Virus record (IMG/VR): IMGVR_UViG_3300042908_000332
Location: 1 to 60,636 of that record
Length of the DNA stretch: 60,636 bases
Origin: a virus
Taxonomy: Duplodnaviria > Caudoviricetes
Reading direction: 5' to 3' (one strand)
Position 1 is the first letter of the stretch, and every line of letters starts with the position of its first letter. The translations under genes were made by a program, and so were the position numbers. Shown one piece after another: positions 47,501-56,684 of this stretch. The notes below the pieces were generated by a model. That model did no database searches. It had not been told where the DNA came from and saw only the letters and a program-made list of their open reading frames with translations.

Positions 47501-49190
47501 TGAATCAATGTTTGGTTCATCTGCTAATTTAGCAATGAAAGCCATTAAGAAAGGTGGCGAAGCATCAGTTCGTGGTGTTGTTGAAACAGTAGAGGAAGCA
47601 TCACAGGAACTTACAAACATATATACTGACGAGTTACGTAACCGTGGTTTCTTTGATGAGGTACAATCAAGATTCGGAACACTTGATGAGGTTCAGAAAT
47701 TCTTAGTTTCCTCATTTGTTATGGGTGCTGGCTTCGGTCTTGTATCAGGAAGCACTGCTGATGATGCTTACGAATCATTAAGTGAAGAAAAGAAAAAGCA
47801 GGTAAACGATGTAATCAATGCTGTAAAGGCTGATTATAACTATGCAGAGAATAAAACTGAGGACTACGTTGAAGCTCAGGAACGTCAGAATAAACGTCAA
47901 GAAAACGTAGAGAAAGACCCTGAAATTAAACAGGAAGTAACCGAAACAGGTGATATAGAATTTGACGTAGAGGGAATAGAAAAAACGGCAGAAGGTAAAC
48001 CATCCTCAGTTGAAGTTGAGGAGTCAACATTTACTGAACCTGTAGAATTATTTAATATTGAAGGAAATGATCAAGAAAACCAGCAAGGGGTACCAAGTAA
48101 AGTCGGAGAAGGGGAAAAACCTGTCGAAGAACAACCTGTCACTAAACCAAGCGAAGAAGCGCCTAGCCCTAGTGGAGTGGTTCAAGGAGAACAAGGGCAA
48201 ACTCAAGAAAAAATAACTGATGCAAGTAAATTTAATTGGGAGCAAGCTAAAGATTTTAGTGACGATGTTTTAAATGAAAAAATCGAAGAAGCTAAGATAG
48301 ATTTACAAAATGCAACTAATGAAATTGAACGAGAAAGATTACAAGATAAAATAGGTTTTGCTGAAAGCATACTTGAAGAAAGATCAGCTCAAGAAGTAGC
48401 ACCTGAAACAACTACTGAAAAAGAAAAAGGCAGAAGACCTAGAACAACTAAGATTGCTGGAGCTAAAGAGCGAGAAGTAACTACTGAACCTGTCGGAAAA
48501 ACCGAAGAGTTGCCAGTTGATGAAAAAAAAGAATCAAATCTTAAAGGCGTAAAGTATTCAGATATAGTAGTTGGCGGTAAATTCTTAGAGAAAATTTTAG
48601 ATGAAAATAATCTAAATGAAGAAGATAAAAAAATCGTAAGACAATTATTTGACAGGAATATAGGGTATTTTGATTTTGATAAAAACTCAGAGGCAAAATG
48701 GCAAATGAGCGCAGCAAATCCAGAAGATATTAATGATATATCAGATGCTTTAACTGGGTTGTCTGCTGCTGAGTTTTCTGCATATAATGATTATAACATT
48801 GGAAATTACAATGCTATCAAGCCTGCGTTAAAATATGTACTTGAAGCAAGTGAGAAAGGTGAGTACTCTGATGCTGTTATAAAAGCAGTCAAAGAAATAA
48901 AAAACCTAGCTGAAAATGCAAAATCATCAAATCAGATGATGTATGCAATAAATTCAGATAAACTAATTGGAGACTTAGGAATAGAAAAAGCACAACCAAC
49001 TCCTACCAATCCATTCGAAGAAATATCAGATGCTAATAAGCTAAAAGGTACAGCTAAGACAAACGCTATTAAAGACCTTAAAAAGAAGTATGGCGCTGAC
49101 TATAATAGAATTTCAAAAATAGATACTAACTTTGCTAGTATAGTGAAAACGCTAGAAAAGAATAATTTAATCAATAAAGATTGCGGATAA
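44523..49190 (+). CDS. giant putative internal virion (ejection) protein
   Basis: 1555 aa; Pro/Glu-rich N-terminus, coiled coil, Gly/Ala-rich segment with ETVEEASQE; promoter element TATCTTTG at 44500-44507. Confidence 0.65.
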   Translation: MEENLMQTQTGGTGETIQLQTQETPSAEQFDVKINPQVDSEPPAPTQPIEPVKPVTVPTQQEAQQQAILPTAPVEEPTPAQPVDDLDAIFNDDEIVKPRPLSIPNQPPNPETPKLGEITEVDTSFVKPLNIVEDVEIPEQKVEPEKPVEIPVPLVEDPNNPGILIQATTPKQTSTEYNNKPVTVTNQGHVVKNTEVKTAEAKPDGFYKYGDNIYQKKDDQWYKDVTGQGGFKLIEKDAEERTKELNLNARTLNYDPKGDYYVYDKHLYKKKGDNWYKEVKGEFVKLKEGNVAQRQAELNRNAIPYRPGGKSYAVNMAENIITPKYGRIGDFNSYNLLTSGGDKTVAAGMSFSSLTAPKIAAKDRMYNDDGTYNFNYDANYAKSTPENRAVIDAANKPVSQPVVPISYLLPSVKLVTGLDLNAVKNSAEELQDPKYQQAFYNASNFAEKDLMTMFAENNKLSKDQFTQLVKYQDQVKKIVGDGTYTADKAKALAGVMASTENFFNQARDVNTFVNEAYSKDMSLGQYSLDQKKQDYMEQLNLRDNSDFQDAAKESFESTVAIADFIQENIDSGKMMYDRVNGGYKFSNNISETEKRYIETQLSKMTSDYNKLEQENYASVRGEISEFKGELSGINAQINSLKKQAQGLSSDDPRLKEINGQLFGLNKQKELLEKKIDNKESLLSTVFKTEPQKFAKETAKNLTETSQTILSAIPKEFSPKERFDFFYRQLSTANDGLAKANQIDEEYLTRLSRRFRDMLDWGGYFSLSEAEKEYLHNKAMLNQLAPLYYNNDFGITKSSGDFFESFMNGFSKALLPNTSASDGYFAQSEAANTMKSFLEEKGFTEEDMLDEDAFKELEDATRVDFLSRENWGNMVGTTAGIIVPLIVTEMVPGSAVKVGNSVEKLVAGTNNVQKAAQYVNRATDAFDAAMSTTKLGRFLLPAVKEGVKFEATGRLFGSTEDEMYFMSGLIGGAASNAFTKVLAKMTPPQAAKYIESMFGSSANLAMKAIKKGGEASVRGVVETVEEASQELTNIYTDELRNRGFFDEVQSRFGTLDEVQKFLVSSFVMGAGFGLVSGSTADDAYESLSEEKKKQVNDVINAVKADYNYAENKTEDYVEAQERQNKRQENVEKDPEIKQEVTETGDIEFDVEGIEKTAEGKPSSVEVEESTFTEPVELFNIEGNDQENQQGVPSKVGEGEKPVEEQPVTKPSEEAPSPSGVVQGEQGQTQEKITDASKFNWEQAKDFSDDVLNEKIEEAKIDLQNATNEIERERLQDKIGFAESILEERSAQEVAPETTTEKEKGRRPRTTKIAGAKEREVTTEPVGKTEELPVDEKKESNLKGVKYSDIVVGGKFLEKILDENNLNEEDKKIVRQLFDRNIGYFDFDKNSEAKWQMSAANPEDINDISDALTGLSAAEFSAYNDYNIGNYNAIKPALKYVLEASEKGEYSDAVIKAVKEIKNLAENAKSSNQMMYAINSDKLIGDLGIEKAQPTPTNPFEEISDANKLKGTAKTNAIKDLKKKYGADYNRISKIDTNFASIVKTLEKNNLINKDCG

Positions 49191-49657
49191 TGAAAAGACT
49201 ATTGACAAATCAGGAAGTAGAGATGATTAACTCTTTGGGGCATGAAGAGCTTAAAGCTAGTCAGACGTACCTTCACCTGTCTAATACAATGAAAACTATT
49301 GGGTTCTTTGGTGCTGAAAAGTTCTTTATGAATGAGTCAAATAGTGAGCGTGAGCATTTTAACGGATTAGAGACGTTCATGAATGATATGAATGAGCAGA
49401 TTGAAGTTCGTGCATTAGAAGCTGTAGATTTAGACGTAGATGACCTTATGGAAGCATTTGAGGTTGCTATGGAAATGGAAGCTGACCTTCTTGCTAAATA
49501 CGAAGAAGCTTGGGACAAATGCAGTCCTAAAATTAAACCACTTATCCACCATTACATCGAGAAGCAAGTAGAAAGCGTTGGAGAGTATGGTGATTTAATC
49601 GCTCGTTTAAGCAGAACTAGCGAACCTATTTTGATTGATCAAGAACTAGGAAAGTAA
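49190..49657 (+). CDS. ftnA: ferritin-family protein
   Basis: E-x6-Y (ELKASQTY), GAEKFF, EREH, MEAD, KQVE ferroxidase-centre pattern; ~155 aa. Confidence 0.82.
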   Translation: MKRLLTNQEVEMINSLGHEELKASQTYLHLSNTMKTIGFFGAEKFFMNESNSEREHFNGLETFMNDMNEQIEVRALEAVDLDVDDLMEAFEVAMEMEADLLAKYEEAWDKCSPKIKPLIHHYIEKQVESVGEYGDLIARLSRTSEPILIDQELGK

Positions 49658-49658
49658 T

Positions 49659-52600
49659 ATGGCAAAGCCTTGCAGATACCAATTGCCAGGTGAAGACACA
49701 TGGATGTCTGAATCTGAATTTAAGAAAGCACTCAACGATGGGCTTATTGATAAGTACATTGGAGAAGGCACAATTGCCATTCGTAATTTCAAGCCTAGAG
49801 CTCAAGCAGCTCCTGTTGTAGAAACACCTGCCGTAGAAGCACCTGTAGCTCCTGTTGTAGAAGCCAAGACAGAAGCACCTGTACAAACTGAAAAAACAGA
49901 AGAACAAATTGCTAACGACATTTCATTAAATACTGAAAGAAGAAAAAGAGAAATAAGTAATGAATCTAATGAGGAATTTCCTATTCTTCAATATGATGGA
50001 AATAATGAAAAAGTTAAAGCAGAGGTAGATTACCACAATAATGAAACATCTAGAGTAAATAAAGATGGATCATGGTCAAATAGATATGCGAATAAAATAA
50101 TACAGAAATTAATATTTTCTGTTGGAAATAAGTCAACAAGAACTATTTCTACAGCGTTAAGGAATGCAGGATTTTTCATACCCGCTTCGAATGATTTAGG
50201 TTCTAGCACTAAATCATCAGGTGGATTAAGTTTGTATTTATCAGATTCATCTGAATTTATAGCTGATGAGTATTCATCTTTAGATGATAAAGTTAAGGCA
50301 ACAGAAATACTTACCAAGTTAGCCAATAAATTAGGTATAGAAGTAGCTACTTTAGAAACAGAAGCTAAAAGGCCTGTAGAAGTAATTAAAACAGAAGCTG
50401 AATCTAAAACAGAAGCGCCTAAAGCTGAACCTACTCAAGCAAAAGAATCTGAGGCTGAATACCAAAAAGAAGAGCCTACTGAACAACCTAAAACACAAGA
50501 AGACTACATCAAGGCTGCTAGAGAAAGCAATGGTGATTATGCTATTGTATTAGGTAGAACAGGAAATCAGGTTGTCTACAAAAAGAACAGACGTACAGGA
50601 AGATGGCAAGGGCTTACCGGTAAAGGTGAATTCGTTGACGTTAATGACGAAATGAATAGAAAGGCTAACGATGCTGTTAACTATACTCGTAAAGACAAAA
50701 AAGTTGTCATGATGAGCACGGTTAAAAACGGTATTACTAGCACTGATGAGTTCGTTTATGATTACAATACTAACGAATGGAAGAAAAGGTCTGAGGATGG
50801 ATATCTATACGGTATAGGTCCAGAATTAGCCGCTAAAGCTGAACAAAGATTTTTAGTTGAGAATCCTAAGCGAGCCCCTAAAACAAAAGAAGAAGTTAAG
50901 CAAAGAATAAGCGATGCAATTGACGGACTCAAAGCCGATGAAGGTATTGCTATGTCATCTCTTATTCCTATTCCACCTAAATACTGGAACAAAATACTCG
51001 ATTTAGTTAAAGAGGCAATGTTTAAGGGTGTAGACTTTAGCTTTGCTGTTAATGATGCTGCTAGAAAAGTATTTAATGAAGCAATTAAAAACAAAGAGAT
51101 TACTCGCTCTGAAGCTGATGAGTACATTAGAAATATCAATGATGACAAAAATGAATCTATTCCAGAGTTAACATCTATTAAAAAAGCGTTTACTAGTGAC
51201 CTTGCTCAACAGGTTGCAGAAAAAGGAATTGATAGAATGTCATACTCAGAGGCGTTTAAAATTGCTGAAGAAGCTATAAATTCAGGTAAAATAAACCCTG
51301 ATAATTTAGTCGATCAAGTTATAGATAATCCAAGACCATTAGATGCTATTGAAACAGCTGTGTTTACTTATAGCAAAACCAAATTATCTAATGACCTAAA
51401 AGAACTTTACGATAAGTTAGACTCATCTAGTAATCCTAGCGCTGAAACAGAAATAAATCAGCAAATCAAGATATTAACTGATAAAATGCTTAAATACGAT
51501 ATTGCTTCAAATATCGTTGGTTACATACAAGGTTTGTCTTTATCTATCCGTAGAGTAATGCTTAATGCTGATTATGATTTAGTTTTGCCTCAGATTAAAA
51601 AACTTTATTCTGATGCAGGAAAAGAGATGCCTGAAGGCTTAGAGCAAAAAATAAAAGATGCTCAAAAGGAATTCAGAAGATTAAATCGTGAAATAGAAAA
51701 ATTAAGAAACGAAGCTCAAAAAGCAAAAGAAGAAGACGCTGTAGAAAGCATTGCTGAGTCAACTAAAAGACCTTCTAAAAAATCAAAAGGCACTCCTAAG
51801 ATGTCTATGTCATCTGATGGTAAAATAGCTGTTAGTAACGAATCTATAAGAAATGCCGTATTGAATGGCGCAAAAGAAATAGAGGATGTTATTGAAGCTG
51901 TACGTGATGAGGTTAAATCGAAGTTTCCTGACGCTACAGACCGTCAAATTAGAGATGCAATATCTAATTACGGTAAAGAAATTAATAAGACAAAAGACGA
52001 AATAACTGAAGAAATAGAAAGAATTAGAAGGATTGGTAAGATTTTATCAAAACTCGAAGATGTTCAGAATCAGATTAAGAACAAAACATCTAAGATTAAA
52101 AATCCAGAAATCAAGACTAAAGCTATAAAAATTCTAAGTCTTCGTGAGTCAGAATTAAAAAGAGCACTAAAGCAAGCTATGTCTGAAATACCTGTAACAG
52201 AGCAGGAAATGAAAGACTTCCAAAAATATAAACTAGAGGCATACAAAAAAAGTATGACTGATAGAATTACTGAACTAAAAAGAAGAATTGACGAAGGTGA
52301 TTTCTCCACCAAGAAAAGAACTCGTGCATTTGAATTAGATGCTGAAGCTAAAAAACTAGAGGCCGAAAGACAAGCTATTATAGAAGACTTTGAGTATGCT
52401 AAAACAAAAGCAGAAATGGAGGTTGAGCCTCAGCTTAAGACACTTAATAGAGCTATGCTTAGCGCATTTAACCTTCCTAAAGGATTGATTGCATCTATTG
52501 ACGTTTCCGCTCCATTCCGTCAGGGAATCATATTTATGATGACTCAGAATCCGCTAAAATCAGCTCAACAATTAAAGCAGATGTTTGGATTTTGGGGTAA

Positions 52601-53804
52601 TACTAAAAATTATGACAAATGGCTTGCTGAACTCAAAGCTTCGGATGAGTATGCTTTAATTAAAGCGAGTGGAGTTTATATATCAGAGCAAAACGGAAAG
52701 CTATCTGCTATGGAGGAAGTTTTTGCTAACAACCTAGGTAATAAAATACCATTACTTGGTCAGTCATATAAAATAAAGGGGGCTAAATTACCGGGTCTTG
52801 ATTTATACAAGAGATCTGAAGCTGCTTATTCCGGATTCTTAAATAATTTAAGAGTTCAATCTTTTATGGATGGAGCTCAATTACTTAAGGAAAATGGATA
52901 TACAATTCAGAATAATCCTGAAGTATTTAAGGATTGGGCAAATTATGTGAATTCAGCAACAGGAAGGGGTAATATGAATCCACAATTAGCTGTTAAATTA
53001 GGACCTATATTTTTCTCTCCTAGGTTAATTAAAGCGAGACTTGAGCAAATTGGAGTAAGCGATGCGCTTGCTTTATTTGGATTGTCTGACGGATTCTACA
53101 TGAAAATGTCTCCTCCTGCTAGAGCTATGGCTTTAAAAAGAATGGGTGCTTTCATGGGGGTTATGGGTACTATAATAGGATTAGCTGCATTATACTACAA
53201 TAATGATGATGATGATAAAACATCTGTTGAGTTAGACCCTAGAAGTTCTGATTTTGGTAAACTTAAATTTGGAAACACTAGAGTTGACCTTACAGGTGGT
53301 TTCGCTACATACTATAGAGCATTTGGTCAATTCCTTTCTGGAAAAAGAAAGGACATCAATACAGGTGAAATTCAAAAATTAAATCAAGGATTTGGTAAGA
53401 AGACTAGATTTGAAGTGCTGCAAGATTTTTATGGCAATAAATTATCTCCATTTGCTCAAAAAGTTTATCAATACACTGCTGTATCAGATGAAGAAAGAGA
53501 AAGAAGAGCTCTTGAAGAATCATCTCAAGAAACTGTATTTAACAAAGCTGGATTGCCAGTATGGTTTCAAGATATAACCATACCACTTTGGATGCGTGAC
53601 GTTGAACCCATTATGAAGGATCAAGGAAATGGAACAGGATTATTCTTGATTGGATTAAGTTTACTTGGTGAAGGTGTACAATACTATGAAGCAAAAGGCG
53701 GCTCATCAAGTCCAAGTAATCAATCATTTGAGTTTAAAGATCAATTCCAAGAATTTAAAGATATTGATAGTGAATTCGAAACATCCGACCCATTCAAAAA
53801 CTAA
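49659..53804 (+). CDS. giant putative internal virion (ejection) protein
   Basis: 1381 aa, long coiled coils, C-terminal hydrophobic segments and ELDPRSSDFGKLKFGNTRVD motif. Confidence 0.65.
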   Translation: MAKPCRYQLPGEDTWMSESEFKKALNDGLIDKYIGEGTIAIRNFKPRAQAAPVVETPAVEAPVAPVVEAKTEAPVQTEKTEEQIANDISLNTERRKREISNESNEEFPILQYDGNNEKVKAEVDYHNNETSRVNKDGSWSNRYANKIIQKLIFSVGNKSTRTISTALRNAGFFIPASNDLGSSTKSSGGLSLYLSDSSEFIADEYSSLDDKVKATEILTKLANKLGIEVATLETEAKRPVEVIKTEAESKTEAPKAEPTQAKESEAEYQKEEPTEQPKTQEDYIKAARESNGDYAIVLGRTGNQVVYKKNRRTGRWQGLTGKGEFVDVNDEMNRKANDAVNYTRKDKKVVMMSTVKNGITSTDEFVYDYNTNEWKKRSEDGYLYGIGPELAAKAEQRFLVENPKRAPKTKEEVKQRISDAIDGLKADEGIAMSSLIPIPPKYWNKILDLVKEAMFKGVDFSFAVNDAARKVFNEAIKNKEITRSEADEYIRNINDDKNESIPELTSIKKAFTSDLAQQVAEKGIDRMSYSEAFKIAEEAINSGKINPDNLVDQVIDNPRPLDAIETAVFTYSKTKLSNDLKELYDKLDSSSNPSAETEINQQIKILTDKMLKYDIASNIVGYIQGLSLSIRRVMLNADYDLVLPQIKKLYSDAGKEMPEGLEQKIKDAQKEFRRLNREIEKLRNEAQKAKEEDAVESIAESTKRPSKKSKGTPKMSMSSDGKIAVSNESIRNAVLNGAKEIEDVIEAVRDEVKSKFPDATDRQIRDAISNYGKEINKTKDEITEEIERIRRIGKILSKLEDVQNQIKNKTSKIKNPEIKTKAIKILSLRESELKRALKQAMSEIPVTEQEMKDFQKYKLEAYKKSMTDRITELKRRIDEGDFSTKKRTRAFELDAEAKKLEAERQAIIEDFEYAKTKAEMEVEPQLKTLNRAMLSAFNLPKGLIASIDVSAPFRQGIIFMMTQNPLKSAQQLKQMFGFWGNTKNYDKWLAELKASDEYALIKASGVYISEQNGKLSAMEEVFANNLGNKIPLLGQSYKIKGAKLPGLDLYKRSEAAYSGFLNNLRVQSFMDGAQLLKENGYTIQNNPEVFKDWANYVNSATGRGNMNPQLAVKLGPIFFSPRLIKARLEQIGVSDALALFGLSDGFYMKMSPPARAMALKRMGAFMGVMGTIIGLAALYYNNDDDDKTSVELDPRSSDFGKLKFGNTRVDLTGGFATYYRAFGQFLSGKRKDINTGEIQKLNQGFGKKTRFEVLQDFYGNKLSPFAQKVYQYTAVSDEERERRALEESSQETVFNKAGLPVWFQDITIPLWMRDVEPIMKDQGNGTGLFLIGLSLLGEGVQYYEAKGGSSSPSNQSFEFKDQFQEFKDIDSEFETSDPFKN

Positions 53805-53855
53805 CCTAAAAAGTTGACAATTAAATAAAACTTAAATTTGTAACAATAACAAAAA

Positions 53856-54605
53856 ATGGCAACACCTATTAACAATCCATTCAAAGCTTCGTTACTCGTT
53901 GACGGATGTAGTTCATTAGAGGTATCTTGCGACTGCAAAAAGATTACTTTCAAGGACACATCTAACTACACGACTAACGATTTGCCTGGTCATGAGTCTA
54001 GTGATTTTACTAGCCGTACTATTACCATAACTCGTGGTGACGGCAGTTCGTACATCATGGCTACGTCTGATATTGCTAATAGGGATTTTACTATACCACC
54101 TCACAATATTTCTAATAACACGTTTTCGTATTCATTTACGAACACTGATGAGGATGGTCTATGGAAAGTTGAATTATGTACTTATCCTAATTGGCGAGAT
54201 GATGTATTCTATCAAGCGTTTCTTAAGCCTATTGTACTCCGGAATGGTGTCCTTTATCAGGCTGTTGGCTCTTCCACCGCTATTGATCCTGCTCTTGATA
54301 CGAGCCACACTTATTGGTCTGTTTATACTGATACTAGCGATTGCAGCGACACTCGTTACTGTACTTCGCAAACCATTGTAATTACCTGCATTTCTATTGA
54401 GAACTGTTATCGTCAAGCTGTTGCTGATGCGTTCTGTGGTATGCAAACTAACCCTTGTAAAGATATGTGTGGAAACGCTTCCTTTATGAAGGCTATGAAG
54501 ATGAGAATTACTTTAGACGGATTAGAATTCGCTGCTTGTGCTTTTGACTGGGTTAACGCTCAGAAGCATATGGATATACTTAAATCACTTTGTTGCTGTA
54601 ACTAA
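53856..54605 (+). CDS. Cys-rich structural protein
   Basis: Promoter element TAAATTTG at 53833-53840; Ig-like beta N-half, Cys-rich C-terminus. Confidence 0.7.
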   Translation: MATPINNPFKASLLVDGCSSLEVSCDCKKITFKDTSNYTTNDLPGHESSDFTSRTITITRGDGSSYIMATSDIANRDFTIPPHNISNNTFSYSFTNTDEDGLWKVELCTYPNWRDDVFYQAFLKPIVLRNGVLYQAVGSSTAIDPALDTSHTYWSVYTDTSDCSDTRYCTSQTIVITCISIENCYRQAVADAFCGMQTNPCKDMCGNASFMKAMKMRITLDGLEFAACAFDWVNAQKHMDILKSLCCCN

Positions 54606-55537
54606 TGGCCTGTAACTGTAATCAAACACCTAACTGCGCAGAGGTTTCAACTTGCCTCTGTGGAGTCGTAATGGATATTTACGACAGCGGAGTTTTTGTT
54701 GAGTCTATTGTATTCAATACGTATACTGACGGTGTCAATACGTTCTTTGAGACTACTGAAGATACGGCATTTAATCCACCTGTAACATCACCTATTACTA
54801 TTTCCTATAATGCTGATGCTTGGGAAATGTCATATGGATCAGGAGATGAAACTGTTGTGTTTGGTACATTTACTACCACATCTATTTGTCCTATTACTGA
54901 TTGTGATTGGGTATTAGATCCTATTATTTTAAGTCCTACATTTACTATTAGTGTTTCTAGTGTTGACTGCGGATGCTGTGATGAATCATTGAATGTTGAA
55001 TTAACTTACTTAGGTGATGATTACACTGCTACTGCTTCAATTGTAAAAGATGAGTACGGTAATACATTGGCGTACAATGGTTATCCCTATTATTCGTTTA
55101 CCATTTATACGGGTGACGAACCATTCACTTACTACATATGGTTTAATGTAGATGAGTGGTATGTTTCTGAGGGACTTGGAATTGTAGATGATTTTGGTTC
55201 TAAATTAGATTCTACTTCTGAATGTCCATTTGGGCCATATGACATATCAGGATTATTCACAAGATTCTCTGTAACAGGAGCTGAGTGTTTTGATTGCTGT
55301 AATTATTATACGCCAAGATTTAGTAATTTTATCAAGAAAAAGAAATATCAGTTAGTTGACGGTATTTCTGCTATTCGTAGCAAAGAGCTGTTTGGCTTTA
55401 AATGTGGACCTGAATGGACTGATTTAGCGAAACAACACTTGATACTGAATGTATTGCATTGTTTGCCTTATGGCGTTTTATGCGAAGAGACCGAGCAATG
55501 TTTAATGAATAATTTGAATGAAAACTGTAACTGTTAA
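54605..55537 (+). CDS. Cys-rich acidic structural protein
   Basis: Two similar beta domains between Cys clusters; TAATG coupling. Confidence 0.7.
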   Translation: MACNCNQTPNCAEVSTCLCGVVMDIYDSGVFVESIVFNTYTDGVNTFFETTEDTAFNPPVTSPITISYNADAWEMSYGSGDETVVFGTFTTTSICPITDCDWVLDPIILSPTFTISVSSVDCGCCDESLNVELTYLGDDYTATASIVKDEYGNTLAYNGYPYYSFTIYTGDEPFTYYIWFNVDEWYVSEGLGIVDDFGSKLDSTSECPFGPYDISGLFTRFSVTGAECFDCCNYYTPRFSNFIKKKKYQLVDGISAIRSKELFGFKCGPEWTDLAKQHLILNVLHCLPYGVLCEETEQCLMNNLNENCNC

Positions 55538-55540
55538 GAT

Positions 55541-56119
55541 ATGAGCTGTACTAACTGCGGAAGCAATAACTGTTCTTGTTCTGATAACTGTCCTAATAAG
55601 ACATCAGACATCACGGTATTTGATGGACAACTGAATGTATTGGAGGTTCCTTGTGGGGCTTCCTTAAACGATATTCTAGCCTTGCTTGAGGCGTATACTA
55701 CCAACATGGTCAATGAACTAAGTGGAATGGTTAGTGTTGTAATCACTACACCTAATCCAATTGGTCTTGCTGCTGGTACGTATTCTATTCAGCAGGTAAT
55801 TAATGCTATCCTTACTGCATTAACCAACATCGAAGGAGACATCACTACTTTAAGTCAGCAACAAGTTTATGTTGACGTAACTAAGACAGGTGCAAATACA
55901 TTGTTGGCTACACCATCAGGAGGCATTGCCCCATATACTTATCAGTGGTTTATTCAGGATTCTAGAGCTCAAATTACTATTTCTGGATCATCTACTAGTT
56001 CATCTGTCAGTCTTTTAGGTACTAATCCTGACATCAGTGATGCTTTGATTAAAGTTAGAGTTACTGATGCTAATGGAAGAAGAGCAAACGACTGCTATTA
56101 TTTACGAATTACTACTTAA
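55541..56119 (+). CDS. Cys-rich structural protein with C-terminal Ig/SprB-like repeat
   Basis: N-terminal Cys cluster; SGGIAPYTYQW. Confidence 0.7.
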   Translation: MSCTNCGSNNCSCSDNCPNKTSDITVFDGQLNVLEVPCGASLNDILALLEAYTTNMVNELSGMVSVVITTPNPIGLAAGTYSIQQVINAILTALTNIEGDITTLSQQQVYVDVTKTGANTLLATPSGGIAPYTYQWFIQDSRAQITISGSSTSSSVSLLGTNPDISDALIKVRVTDANGRRANDCYYLRITT

Positions 56120-56129
56120 AAATTAAAAA

Positions 56130-56681
56130 ATGTATACTGTTGAAAATTCAAATGGTCAGCTTAAATTAAGTTACTCAAACTTAATTGAGGTTTATCAATT
56201 TCCGACTTTTAAAAGTGTTTCTTATGCTTTTGATACCGTCAGAAGTAATTACTATGTTTCTATTAACTTCATAGCTAACGATAAGAATAACTCTTTACGT
56301 TTATATTTAGTTGATATTACCAATCAACCTACTTGGACTGACGATGCTGCTGGAGCAAAGAATGCTGTTGGAGATATTTCTGCTTGGATCTCTAGTTCTA
56401 TCATTCCGTCAGGAGCAGGGGTTGCTGTAAAGTCTGATTTGCTAAGAGTTTCTGCAAGCACAGGAACAATCGTTCAGGCACCTAGAAGCATTTCTTTTGC
56501 TAGCGTGGGAACTGGTAATGCAACTGTATCTGCTGATGCTGGAGTTACATTTGTTACTTTAAAGCCAGGAGAAACTATTTCATATGATGCTGCTGGATTA
56601 AATAATTTCTTTGCTGCATCTACTTTCCGCTACAATACAACTACAGCTGGCGCTGAATTATTGATTATCTACACATATTAA
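56130..56681 (+). CDS. putative tail-associated protein
   Basis: Beta-rich, TLKPGETISYDA. Confidence 0.65.
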   Translation: MYTVENSNGQLKLSYSNLIEVYQFPTFKSVSYAFDTVRSNYYVSINFIANDKNNSLRLYLVDITNQPTWTDDAAGAKNAVGDISAWISSSIIPSGAGVAVKSDLLRVSASTGTIVQAPRSISFASVGTGNATVSADAGVTFVTLKPGETISYDAAGLNNFFAASTFRYNTTTAGAELLIIYTY

Positions 56682-56684
56682 TTT

